Source: an uncultured Spirochaetota bacterium
GTDB taxonomy: Bacteria; Spirochaetota; Spirochaetia; SZUA-6; CAVTHK01
DNA length: 64,000 nt
Assembly (NCBI GenBank): GCA_963734495.1
Contig: CAVTHK010000003.1
Coordinates: 256,001-320,000 of the forward strand
Reading direction: 5' to 3'
This document shows positions 43,592 through 53,063 of the stretch, piece after piece; position 1 is the stretch's first letter, and every line of letters starts with the position of its first letter. The translations under genes were made by a program, and so were the position numbers. The notes beneath the pieces are model-generated. The model had not been told where the DNA came from, made no database searches, and saw only the letters and a program-made list of their open reading frames with translations.

Positions 43592-44136
43592 ATGGCGGGC
43601 AAGCCCAAAGTCGCGACGTGTGCTCTGACGGGCTGCTTCGGGTGCCACATGTCGCTGCTGGACATCGACGAGCGCATCCTCGATCTGATCGAGCTCGTCG
43701 ATTTCGACAAGTCGCCGATCGACGACATCAAGGAGCTCACGGGTCCCGTCGACATCGGGATCATCGAGGGAGGCGTGTCCACCGAGGAGAACGTCGAGGT
43801 GCTGCGCTCGTTCCGCGAGCACTGCAAGGTGCTCGTGGCCATCGGCGAGTGCGCGCTCACGGGCGGCGTCCCGTCGATGCGCAACCTCGTGCCGCCTGCA
43901 GGAGTGCCTCGAGGAGGCGTACCTGAAGGGGCCGACGGTCGTCGACGGCCGGATCCCCGACGACCCGTCGCTTCCGCGTGATCCTCGACAGGGTCTATCC
44001 CTGCCACGAGGTGGTCAAGATCGACTACCTCCTTCCGGGCTGTCCTCCGTCGGCCGACGTGCTCTGGACGGCGCTCTCGGCCCTGCTCAAGGGCGAGGAG
44101 CCGAAGCTGAGCTACGAGCTGATCAAGTACGACTGA
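43592..44136 (+). CDS. hoxY: [NiFe]-hydrogenase small subunit, group 3d; frameshifted
   Basis: GCFGCHMSLLD, GECA..GG.P, LPGCPP. Confidence 0.92.
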
Positions 44137-44150
44137 AGGGAGGCGCGCTC

Positions 44151-45633
44151 ATGAAGACCAACGGCAACGGCAAGCACAAGGGCACGGCGGGCGCGCAGGC
44201 CACCCGGAAGATCGTCATCAACCCCGTCACGCGCGTCGAGGGGCACGGCAAGGTCACCATCCATCTCGACGCGAAGGGCGGCATCGACCAGGCCCGGTTC
44301 CACGTCGTCGAGTTCCGCGGGTTCGAGCGCTTCGTGCGCGGCCGGCTGTACTGGGAGGTGCCGGTCATCGTCCAGCGGCTCTGCGGCATCTGCCCGGTGA
44401 GCCACCTCCTGGCCGCGGCCAAGGCGATGGACGTCATCGTCGGCGCCGACCGGCTCACGCCGACCGCGGAAAAGATGCGGCGGCTGATGCACTACGGCCA
44501 GATCTACCAGTCGCACGCCCTGCACTTCTTCCACCTCGCGTCGCCCGACCTCCTGTTCGGCTTCGACGCGCCGCCGGCGACGCGCAACGTGATCGGCGTC
44601 GCGCGCGAGCACCCCGAGATCGCGACGAAGGCCGTGCTGATGCGCAAGTTCGGCCAGGAGATCATCAAGGCCACCGCGGGAAAGAAGATCCACGGCAACG
44701 GCGCGATCCCCGGCGGGATCAACAAGAACCTCTCGATCGAGGAGCGGGACATGCTCGCCGGCGGCATCGACGACGATGCTCGCCTGGGCGGTCGAGGGGC
44801 TCGAGCTCTACAAGGGGCTGTACACGCAAGGACATCGACGCGGCTCGCCTCGTTCGGGAGCTTCGAGAGCAATTTCGTGAGCATCGTGCGCGACGACGGG
44901 GCCTCGACCTCTACGACGGTCTGCTGCGGGCCAAGGATCCCGACGGCAAGATCATCTTCGACAAGGTGCAAGGCCGCCGACTACCTGGACGTGATCGCCG
45001 AGGAGGTGCGCGGCTGGAGCTACATGAAGTTCCCGTTCATCCGGCCCCTCGGCAAGGAGAAGGGGTGGTACCGCGTCGGACCGCTGGCGCGCATGAACAA
45101 CTGCGACCGCATCGACACGCCGATCGCGGAGGCGGAGCGCAAGGAGTTCCTCGCGCTCGGAGGGAGGCCGCCCGGTCCACTCGACGATGGCCTACCACTG
45201 GGCGCGCCTGATCGAGCTGGTTCACTGCGCGGAGAAGATGAAGGAGCTGCTCGCGGACCCCGACCTCCAGGGGACGGACCTGGTGACGAGCGGCGAGCGG
45301 CGCGGCCGCGGGGTCGGCTGGATCGAGGCGCCGCGCGGCACGCTGTTCCATCACTACGAGGTCGACGATCACGACCAGGTGACGATGGCGAACCTGATCG
45401 TGTCGACGACCAACAACAACGAGCCCATGAACCAGGCGGTGCGCGCGGTCGCGCGAGACCACCTCGCCGGGAAGGCCGAGATCACCGAGGGCCTGCTGAA
45501 CGCGATCGAGGTCGCCATCCGGGCCTACGATCCGTGCCTGAGCTGCGCGACGCACGCGGTCGGCCGCATGCCGCTCGAGGTCGTGCTGCTCGGCTGCGAC
45601 GGGCGGGAGATCTCGCGCGGGAGCAAGGGGTGA
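44151..45633 (+). CDS. hoxH: [NiFe]-hydrogenase large subunit, group 3d; frameshifted
   Basis: TRVEGHGK, RGFE, L1 QRLCGICPVSH, EAPRGTL.H, L2 DPCLSCATH with a cleavable C-terminal tail. Confidence 0.94.
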
Positions 45634-46185
45634 GCGGGAGGGCCGGCCGCTCGGTCCTGGTCGTCGGCGTCGGCAACCCCGGCCGGGGCGACGACGGGAT
45701 CGGGCCCGCCCTGGTCGAGCGCCTGGAGGCGCGACGCCGTGCCCGGGCTCGCGCTGGAGTCGGCCTTTCAGCTCTCGCTCGAGCACGCGGCCGCGGTCGG
45801 CGGAGCATCCGACGGTGCTGTTCGTCGACGCGGCCGTCGGCACCGCTGTCGGCCGCGCGGCCGTTCGCGCTGCTGCCGATCGCCCCGGGCGACGGCGCCG
45901 TCACCGGCATCAGCACGCACGCGATGGCGCCCGCGGACGTGCTGGCGGTCTCGCGGCTCGCGTTCGGCGCCGGCGCCGGACGCGTGGCTGCTCGCGGTGC
46001 GGGGCCGCGACTTTCGCGAACGCGAGGGGCTGAGCGCGCGCGGCCCGCCGCAACCTGGCGCGGGCCCTCGAGGCCGCCCGGGCGTTCATCGCCTCGGCGC
46101 TGGATCGCGGCGCGGACCTCCGGTGCCGGACGAAGCGACGAGACGACGGCCGGCGCAAGTCCGACAGGGTGCTGGGGAGGAGTGA
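45630..46185 (+). CDS. hoxW: Hydrogenase maturation protease; several frameshifts, end approximate
   Basis: VVGVGNPGRGDDGIGP, FQL..E, LFVDA, STH. Confidence 0.82.
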
Positions 46186-46188
46186 AAG

Positions 46189-46567
46189 ATGACCGATCGG
46201 AAGACCATCCTGATCATCGACGATGACGCGGACATCCGGGCCTCCATCCGGATGGTGCTCGAGGCCGCGGGGTTCTCCGTAGGCGAGGCGGGAAGCGCCG
46301 ACGAAGGGCGCCAAGATCGCCCCGAGGATCTCGCCCGACGCCATCATCGTCGACCTGATGATGGAGAGCGTCGACTCGGGGGTGCAGCTCTCGCAGTCCC
46401 TCAAGGAAAGCGGCTACGCCGGCCCCATGTACCTGCTGAGCTCGGCGGGCGACTCCGTGCGCTTCAACCTGGACCCGCGCGAGCTCGGCCTGGCCGGCAT
46501 CTTCCAGAAGCCGATCCAGCACGACCTGCTCGTGCGCACCCTCAAGTCGAAGCTGCACGTCCCGTAG
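46189..46567 (+). CDS. Single-domain response regulator (receiver only); frameshift near 46310
   Basis: ILIIDDD, IVDLMM (phospho-Asp), LLSS, QKP. Confidence 0.85.
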
Positions 46568-46601
46568 GCCGGGCCCGCCGGGTCATCGCGCCCCGCTCGG
46601 C

Positions 46602-48107
46602 TCAGGCCTCGGCGCAGGGCAGCGTGACGACGAACGTGCTCCCGCGGTCCGGCGCCGAGTCCACCGAGATCGTGCCGTTGTACTCGTCGAGCACCCTCCG
46701 CACGGTGGCGAGGCCGAGGCCCGTCCCGGGGATGCCCTGCGTCTTCGGGCCGCGAGCCCTGTAGAAGTCCTGGAAGAGGTTGGACACCTCCTCCTGCGTC
46801 ATGCCGATGCCCGTGTCCTGCGAAGCGCGATCTCCCAGCCGCCGCCGAGCCGCTCCTGCCGCTGCGGACCGAGACCGTGAGGCTGCCGCCTTCGCGGTTG
46901 TACTTGATGCCGTTGGAGATCAGGTTCATGAAGATGCGGTCGAGGTCGCCGCGGTCGGCGACGCACGCGCGCCTCGTCGGGCGCCTCGAGGCTCAGGCGC
47001 GATCCCGCGCTTTTCCGCCTGCACGCGGAAGAACTCCAGCTGCTCGTCGAGGACCTGCCGCAGGTCGAGCCCCTGCGCCGACCGCTCGACCTTGCGCGCC
47101 TCGCGACTGCGCAGGAACTGCAGGTCCTTCACGAGGTCCAGCAGCGCTTCGGCGCGCGCCTTGCTCCGCGCCATGATCTCCTTGATCCGCTCGGGCTCCC
47201 GTCGAGCGTGCCCGCGAGCACGACGTCGATGTAGCTGACGATCGCGGCCAGCGGGCTGGTGAGCTCGTGCGCGACCATGGAGACGAAGCGGTTGCGGTCC
47301 TGCTCGGCTTCCCACTCGTCGGTGACGTCGCTGCAGCAGCAGGATCAGCCCCGCGGTCTCCCTCGCCGCGGATGTACGGCGCCGCGTTCAGCTCGAGCCT
47401 GCGGCCCCGGAGCTCGAGCCGCAGCCGCCGGAAGCGGCCGGCCGCCGGCCCGCGCGGCGAGCAGCGTCCTCGACGACGGCCGGTGACCGCGGCGTCGAGG
47501 CCGAGCTCCTCGAGGGCCAGGTCCTCGCGGTAGCGGACGCCGAGCAGCGAACTCGGCCCGCGGGTTCATCAGCACCGGCTTGCGGTTGATGTTGAGCACG
47601 ATCACCCCTTCGCGCATCGAGTTGATGAGCTGGCGCGAGAGGTTGCGCTCGCTGTTGAGCGCGGACAGGTAGGTCTCCCGCTCGCCGGATGAGCCGGCAC
47701 TGCCGCGCCCGCCCGCTCGACGACCTGCAGCAGCTCGTCGGGCGCCGAACGGCTTGACCAGGAAGTCGAAGGCGCCGTGGCGGGTGACCTCGACCGCGGC
47801 CTCGACGGTGGCCAGCGCCGAGACGATGACGACGACCGTCGCGGCCGCTCTCGTTGATGCGCCTCGGTCACCTCGAAGCCGTCGATCCCGGGCATCTTGA
47901 GGTCGACGAGGGCGACGTCGAAGGTCCCGCCCGGCGAGCCGCACCAGCGCCTCGCCGCCGTCCGCGGCCGCGACGACGGAGTGACCCTGGCGCTCGAGGA
48001 TGCGGCGCATGCCCTCGCGCATGCCCTCCTCGTCGTCGACGACCAGGATGCTGAGGGCGCCGCCTCGGAGGACGCTGTCGCGGGGTCGGTCCGACGACCG
48101 CGCTCAC
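46602..48107 (-). CDS. Hybrid kinase REC-PAS-HisKA-HATPase; many frameshifts
   Basis: ILVVDDEE, VDLKMPG.DG, DFLVKPF, NSMREGVIVL..MNP (PAS), VAHELTSPL, NLISNGIKYN, DTGIGM, GTGLGL. Confidence 0.82.
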
Positions 48108-50230
48108 GGCGCGGACCTCTCCGCGCCGACGGCCGCGCCGGCGCCGGCGCCGGGTCCCGCAGCCCGATCTCGAAGCAGGCGCCGCCCTCGGGGCGATTGC
48201 CGCCGCGGATCCAGCCGCCGTGCATCTTGACGATCCCGTAGCAGACCGAGAGGCCCAGTCCCGTGCCCTTGCCGACCGGCTTGGTCGTGTAGAAAGGCGT
48301 GAACAGGTGCTCGAGGACGCCTCTCGGGGATGCCCGGCCCCGTGTCGGACACCGAGACGGTGAACTCCCCGTCGCCCTCCTGCGGTCTCGATCCGGATGC
48401 GTCCCGCCCCCGGGCATCGCCTCGATCGCGTTCTTGATGATGTTGTCGAAGACCTGCCGCAGCTGCGACGAGTCGACGCTGTGAGCCTTCATGCCGTCGT
48501 CGAGGTCGAGCTCGACGCGCACCCGTCCCGCGGGGTCGAGGGCGCGGGCACGGCCCGGGCCGCTTCGCGGACCAGCGCGTTGATGTCGGTCTGCTGACGG
48601 TCGATCTTCTTCTCGCGCGCGAAGTTCAGGATGCCCTGCACGATCGAGCGGGCGCGCTCGGACTCGCGGATGATGCGGTCCGCGTCCGCCGAGCCCCTGC
48701 CCGCTCGCCGCCTTCGGCGAGCTCCTCCCGCAGGAGGTGCGCGTACATGAGCACGACGCCGAGCGGGTTGTTGATCTCGTGGGCGATGCCCGCGGCCATC
48801 TGGCCCATGGAGGCGAGCTTCTCGGCCTGGATCAGGCGGCTCTGGTTCTCCTTGAGGTCCGTGATCGTCGTCCTCGAGCCGCGAGATGAGGTAGGGCAGG
48901 CACATCTCGACCTCGGCGATGCCGCGGTAGACGGCCACCGCCTTCTCCCGGCAGGAGTCGTAGCCGCAGGCGCGGCAGTTCAGCTCGTCCTCGGGGACGC
49001 ACCTTGCCGGTGCTGGCGAGGATCTTGCGGATGTCCTCCTCGGGCACCGGCGCCTCGCGGGTCTTGGATCTGCGCGAACGTCTTGGGGAGGTCGAGCGTC
49101 GAGGTAGCGGGTGTTGGCGGCCGCCCACTCCTCGATGTCGCTGATCAGCGGGACTGCGCTTCATGTAGTCGACGATGTACTTCTTGCGCTCGTAGAAGGT
49201 GAGGTCGTTGGGCATCGCGGGCCCGCCGATGCACCCTTCGCAGAACAGCAGGTCGAAGAGCCTGGTCACCACGGGCCGGCGCTTGCGCACGATCCGGCCG
49301 AGGACTGGAGCAGCTCCGTGACCCGGGCGCTTCCCTCGACGATCATCACCGGGCTCTCCAGCAGGTCGTCGTCGATGGCGGCCGCCTTGAGCAGCCCGCC
49401 GGTGACCGGGTAGATCTGGCCGAGGTTGGCGTGCGGCGGATCGAAATCGCGCGGCGCCGCGGCCTGCGGATCGACGCCGAGGTCCGCGAACAGCTCGATC
49501 AGCTCCTCGAAGGTGAGCACCTCGTCCACGAGGCCGAGTCCGCCGCGCCTCGTCCTTCTTCGCGACGCACGGCCCGATGAAGACGATCGGCGGGAGGCTC
49601 CGCGCCGGTCGGGCGTGAGGCGCTCGCGGATCACGCGCGGCCATCGCCTCCATCGGCGAAACGACGTCGCGCGAGGTGCGGCACGAGCTCGGGGCAGATC
49701 TTCTCCACGTACGAGACGACCGCGGGGCAGGGCGAGCTGATGACGAAGGCCGGCCGACCGGCGGCCGGTCTCATCGCGCACGAGCTGCCCGAATCGCCGG
49801 CGATACTCGTAGGAGACCAGGTCCGCGCCGAAAGCCACCTCGTAGCACGCGGCTGAACCCGCAGGCGGCGACCGCGCCGACGAGGCGCTCGGGCTTGACG
49901 TCGAGGAAGGCGGCGGGAAAGGAGGGCGCGATCATGGCGCAGCACGGCCTGCCCGGAGCGCAGGAGGCGCTCGACCTCGGCGACCGACGAGCGGATCTGC
50001 TTGGCGCCCTGGGAGCACATCGGGACGCAGTAGCCGCAGGAGATGCACTTGGAGGCGATGATCTCGGCCTGGCCGCCGTGCACCTCGATCGCCTTGGTCG
50101 GGCAGGTCCGCACGCAGGAGTAGCACTTCCTGCACTTTTCGGCAGCCGTCAGGACCGCGAGAGAATCACCGGCTGCCTGGCCGTAGCGAGCCCTGCCCGC
50201 GGGCCGCTGCGGTCCCGGAAGTGCCTCCAT
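48104..50230 (-). CDS. Sensory [FeFe]-hydrogenase-like protein fused to a histidine kinase (group C1-like); many frameshifts
   Basis: 2x[4Fe-4S] ([23 protein letters not shown]); H-cluster-like [28 protein letters not shown]; FeS domain [40 protein letters not shown]. Confidence 0.85.
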
Positions 50231-50289
50231 CAGGCCCATGATAGCATGCCCGGCTCCCTTGTCCACCGCACTGTCCGCCCTGCCCGTCG

Positions 50290-51021
50290 AACGGATGACC
50301 GGTCACCAGCGCCGCCGCCGTGCCGCCGGAGACGAAGACGTCGGCCCGCAGCGGAAGGCCGCGGTGGAACAGCCTGTGGAAGCCGTCCGGGATCCGCGCG
50401 AGCGCGCGGCCATTCGACGCGAGCGCCGCTGCCGCGGCCGAGGCGGGGATCCACTCGCCCGCGGGAAGCTCGAGCGCCACCTCCCGGCGCTCCGCCTCCG
50501 CTCAGGTCGGTGACGCGCAGGCCGCCCGAGAGGATGCTCTCCGCGAGTCGCGCCGTGTCCAGGTGCCACGGGTCTTCGAGGCGGAGGGCGTCGACGGCCT
50601 CCAGGAGGCGGCTCGTGTTCAGCTCCTCGAGGCGGTACCCGGCTGCGGAGAGGCTGAGGAGGCAGGCTGCCAGGGGCCCCCTCCGCCACGACAGCGCGAG
50701 CGGCGAGCTCTCGCCCTCGCAGATGCCCGCCCGCCGGCAGCAGCTCGACGCCCGCGTGCACCGGGAACGCGAGCACGGGCGTCGGCGCCGCCGCGGGAGC
50801 TCGACGGAGGCGTCCGCGGGCCACGACGGCAGGCGTTCGGCGCGCACGGGACCTCCCGGCTCGCTCCAGACGATCCGGCAGGCGAGGCCGGGGAACCGCG
50901 CCCGCCACGAGTCGGGAGGCTCGGGCAGCAGCAGCCGCTGGGGCCGCGGCGGCAGGTCGCATGCCAGGCATCCCGCGGCCAGCAGCGCGGCGCAGCCGGC
51001 CGCCCGCAGTCGTCGCCTCAT
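50290..51021 (-). CDS. Hypothetical lipoprotein; frameshifted, 3' end approximate
   Basis: MRRRLRAAGCAALLAAGCLAC signal/lipobox; protein-like segments alternate between frames. Confidence 0.5.
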
Positions 51022-51068
51022 GCACGAGACAATGGGGCCGGCGCCCGCGGCGCGTGGCGTCCCCGGCC

Positions 51069-51601
51069 TCAGCCTGCCGATTCGCGAAGCTGCTCCCTCA
51101 GCCGCGCGCGGATGCGCTCGAGCACCGCGAGGGTGCGCGGGCTGCGGTAGTCGGGGTAGGTCCAGGGCAGGGGCCGGAAGCCGCCCTTCTCATACTTCAA
51201 TGTGAGCTCGGCATAGATGCCGTCGCGGAGGGGGATGCGGTGGGCGCTTTCCTTGGTCGTGGCCAGCGAGAAGCGGGCCAGCGTCAGCAGCCCCGGGTCG
51301 AGGTTGAAGGTGCGCCGGCCCGATTCCGCGAGCCCGGCCTCGAGCACGTTGGTCTCGAGCTTGATGGCCGCGAGCGAATCCGGGCTGACGAGCCGCTCGA
51401 AGGAGAGGAACCAGCGCGACAAAGGGCTTCCCATTTCCTGATCGTAGTAATCGGTAAAGGTGAAGGCGTCGGGCTCGCTTTCCACGTCGACCGGGCCGAA
51501 GAGGGCCTCGAGCCTCTCTGCGCCGAGCCGCGCCGCTCGGGGCGGCTCGCGATCACCGCGACGACGAGCTTGGCCGGGGGGAAAGGGCGGGGGATTCCCA
51601 T
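51069..51601 (-). CDS. DUF4416-family protein; frameshift near 51520
   Basis: MGIP...KLVVAV; FGPVD..S..F.FTDYY..EMG, LAAIKLETN.LE, RR.FNLDPG, LATTK..HRI, PWTYPDY. Confidence 0.8.
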
Positions 51602-51653
51602 GGCTGTTTGCGAGATTCCCTCCGGGCGGAGGATAGCCTATAATGGTGCGCTG

Positions 51654-53039
51654 ATGGAAGAAACGGGATCCTGGACGCAGCAGATGCAGACCGCGGTCGA
51701 AGGGCTTCGGGCCGAGCTGGAGTCGAGCGACCTGCCGAGGCTCCGCAAGGCGATCGCGGTCTACAAGACCACCTTCGACAACGTCTATCAGATGCTGGTG
51801 CGCAAGTCGCTGATCAAGGCGGACTTGTACGGCTACGACAGCGGTCCCAAGAAGCTGGAGGCTCCCGCCGACGAGCCCATCCTCGAATCCCAGAAGATAG
51901 AGCAGGCGGGCATGCGGCTGGCCGCCTACGGGGCCCAGATCAACCTGCTGGCAACGTCGCTGCAGCCGACGCTCGACTGGCTCGTCCTCTCCAGGCTGCC
52001 GGCGCTGGCCAACCTGGCGCAGTACATCCGGTGGGCGAACCTGACCCAGGGTTCCGACAGCCCGATCACGCAGGTCGTCGCCGAGTTCATCGATCGGATC
52101 AAGGCGCACAGCGACATGATGTCGGGCCGCGTCGCCGCGACGAACGTGGGCCAGCTGGGCCGGCTCTCCCGGGAGATGGTCCGGACGGTCGAAAGGGTGG
52201 CGGTCTATCAGCGCGAGGCCTACAAGTCGATGCTCCGCCGGGATGTGGCGCCGGCGGTCGGCGCCGAGGGGACCGAGGAGCAGAAGCTTGCGCGGGCCAG
52301 GAAGGTCTTCGCGACCGCGCTCAAGGGAAAGGCGTTCTACCCGGAGCTGTTGAAGGAAGTGCTCGCCGAGGATTCGCCGGCGGGAGGCGAGGCGCGCGCC
52401 GCGGCCCTGGCGCGCCTCTCGAGCCTGCTGCAGAACGAAGGGCCGACCCCCTCCTCCAACGACAGGGTCAGCCTCATGCAGGCGGTGCGCGCTCTGGCCG
52501 CGGCCGCTTCGCCGCTGGCCGACTGCGTCGTCAAGATCGCCGAGATCGACCAGGCGGCGCGGAAGGAACGGGAGCCGAAGGGGCTGCGGGCGCTCCTGAG
52601 GCGCCTCCGGCACGCGAAGCCCGAGACGCCCGCCTACCGGATCGAGTATCTCGACGGCGCGGTCATGCGCGCGGAGACGATCGCGATCGACGCCTTCCTC
52701 GACGAGGTGACCAGGCAGTCGCGGCTGCTGGCCGCCCTCACGAGGCGGGACGGCCCGACCGCGGACCGGTTGCGGCGCGCCGGCGACAGGAGCCTGACCG
52801 AGTTCCTCGACCGGCAGCTCGCGACGCTGCAGATCATGCACCGCCGGCTCGCGGGTCTCTCCGACCTGTTCCGCAAGCAGACGCCGGCGGCTCCCGCAGG
52901 CGCGTCGGACGCCCCGGTCAAGGGGATCAAGATCGAGCTCACGGTGCTGAGGAACTGCCTGATCCGATCGAACCGGCTCAGGCACGCCTACGCGGGGGCG
53001 CCGGAAGAACGCGACAAGGCGAAGAGCGCCGGCGCCTGA
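51654..53039 (+). CDS. Conserved hypothetical alpha-helical protein
   Basis: Intact 461-aa ORF with protein-like composition; TATAAT at 51639-51644. Confidence 0.75.
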   Translation: MEETGSWTQQMQTAVEGLRAELESSDLPRLRKAIAVYKTTFDNVYQMLVRKSLIKADLYGYDSGPKKLEAPADEPILESQKIEQAGMRLAAYGAQINLLATSLQPTLDWLVLSRLPALANLAQYIRWANLTQGSDSPITQVVAEFIDRIKAHSDMMSGRVAATNVGQLGRLSREMVRTVERVAVYQREAYKSMLRRDVAPAVGAEGTEEQKLARARKVFATALKGKAFYPELLKEVLAEDSPAGGEARAAALARLSSLLQNEGPTPSSNDRVSLMQAVRALAAAASPLADCVVKIAEIDQAARKEREPKGLRALLRRLRHAKPETPAYRIEYLDGAVMRAETIAIDAFLDEVTRQSRLLAALTRRDGPTADRLRRAGDRSLTEFLDRQLATLQIMHRRLAGLSDLFRKQTPAAPAGASDAPVKGIKIELTVLRNCLIRSNRLRHAYAGAPEERDKAKSAGA

Positions 53040-53063
53040 CCGGGGCTGCCCGCCCGCCGGCCC

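Noticed and set aside
44151-45633. Selenocysteine ([NiFeSe]) or programmed frameshifting in the hydrogenase genes
   Set aside because: The L2 motif is DPCLSC with TGC codons. The frameshifts are numerous, lack consistent slippery sites, and also hit housekeeping genes such as purL and uvrC.
31700-50300. Hydrogenase island as a mobile element
   Set aside because: No integrase, transposase, tRNA or flanking direct repeats were seen, and composition resembles the rest of the window.
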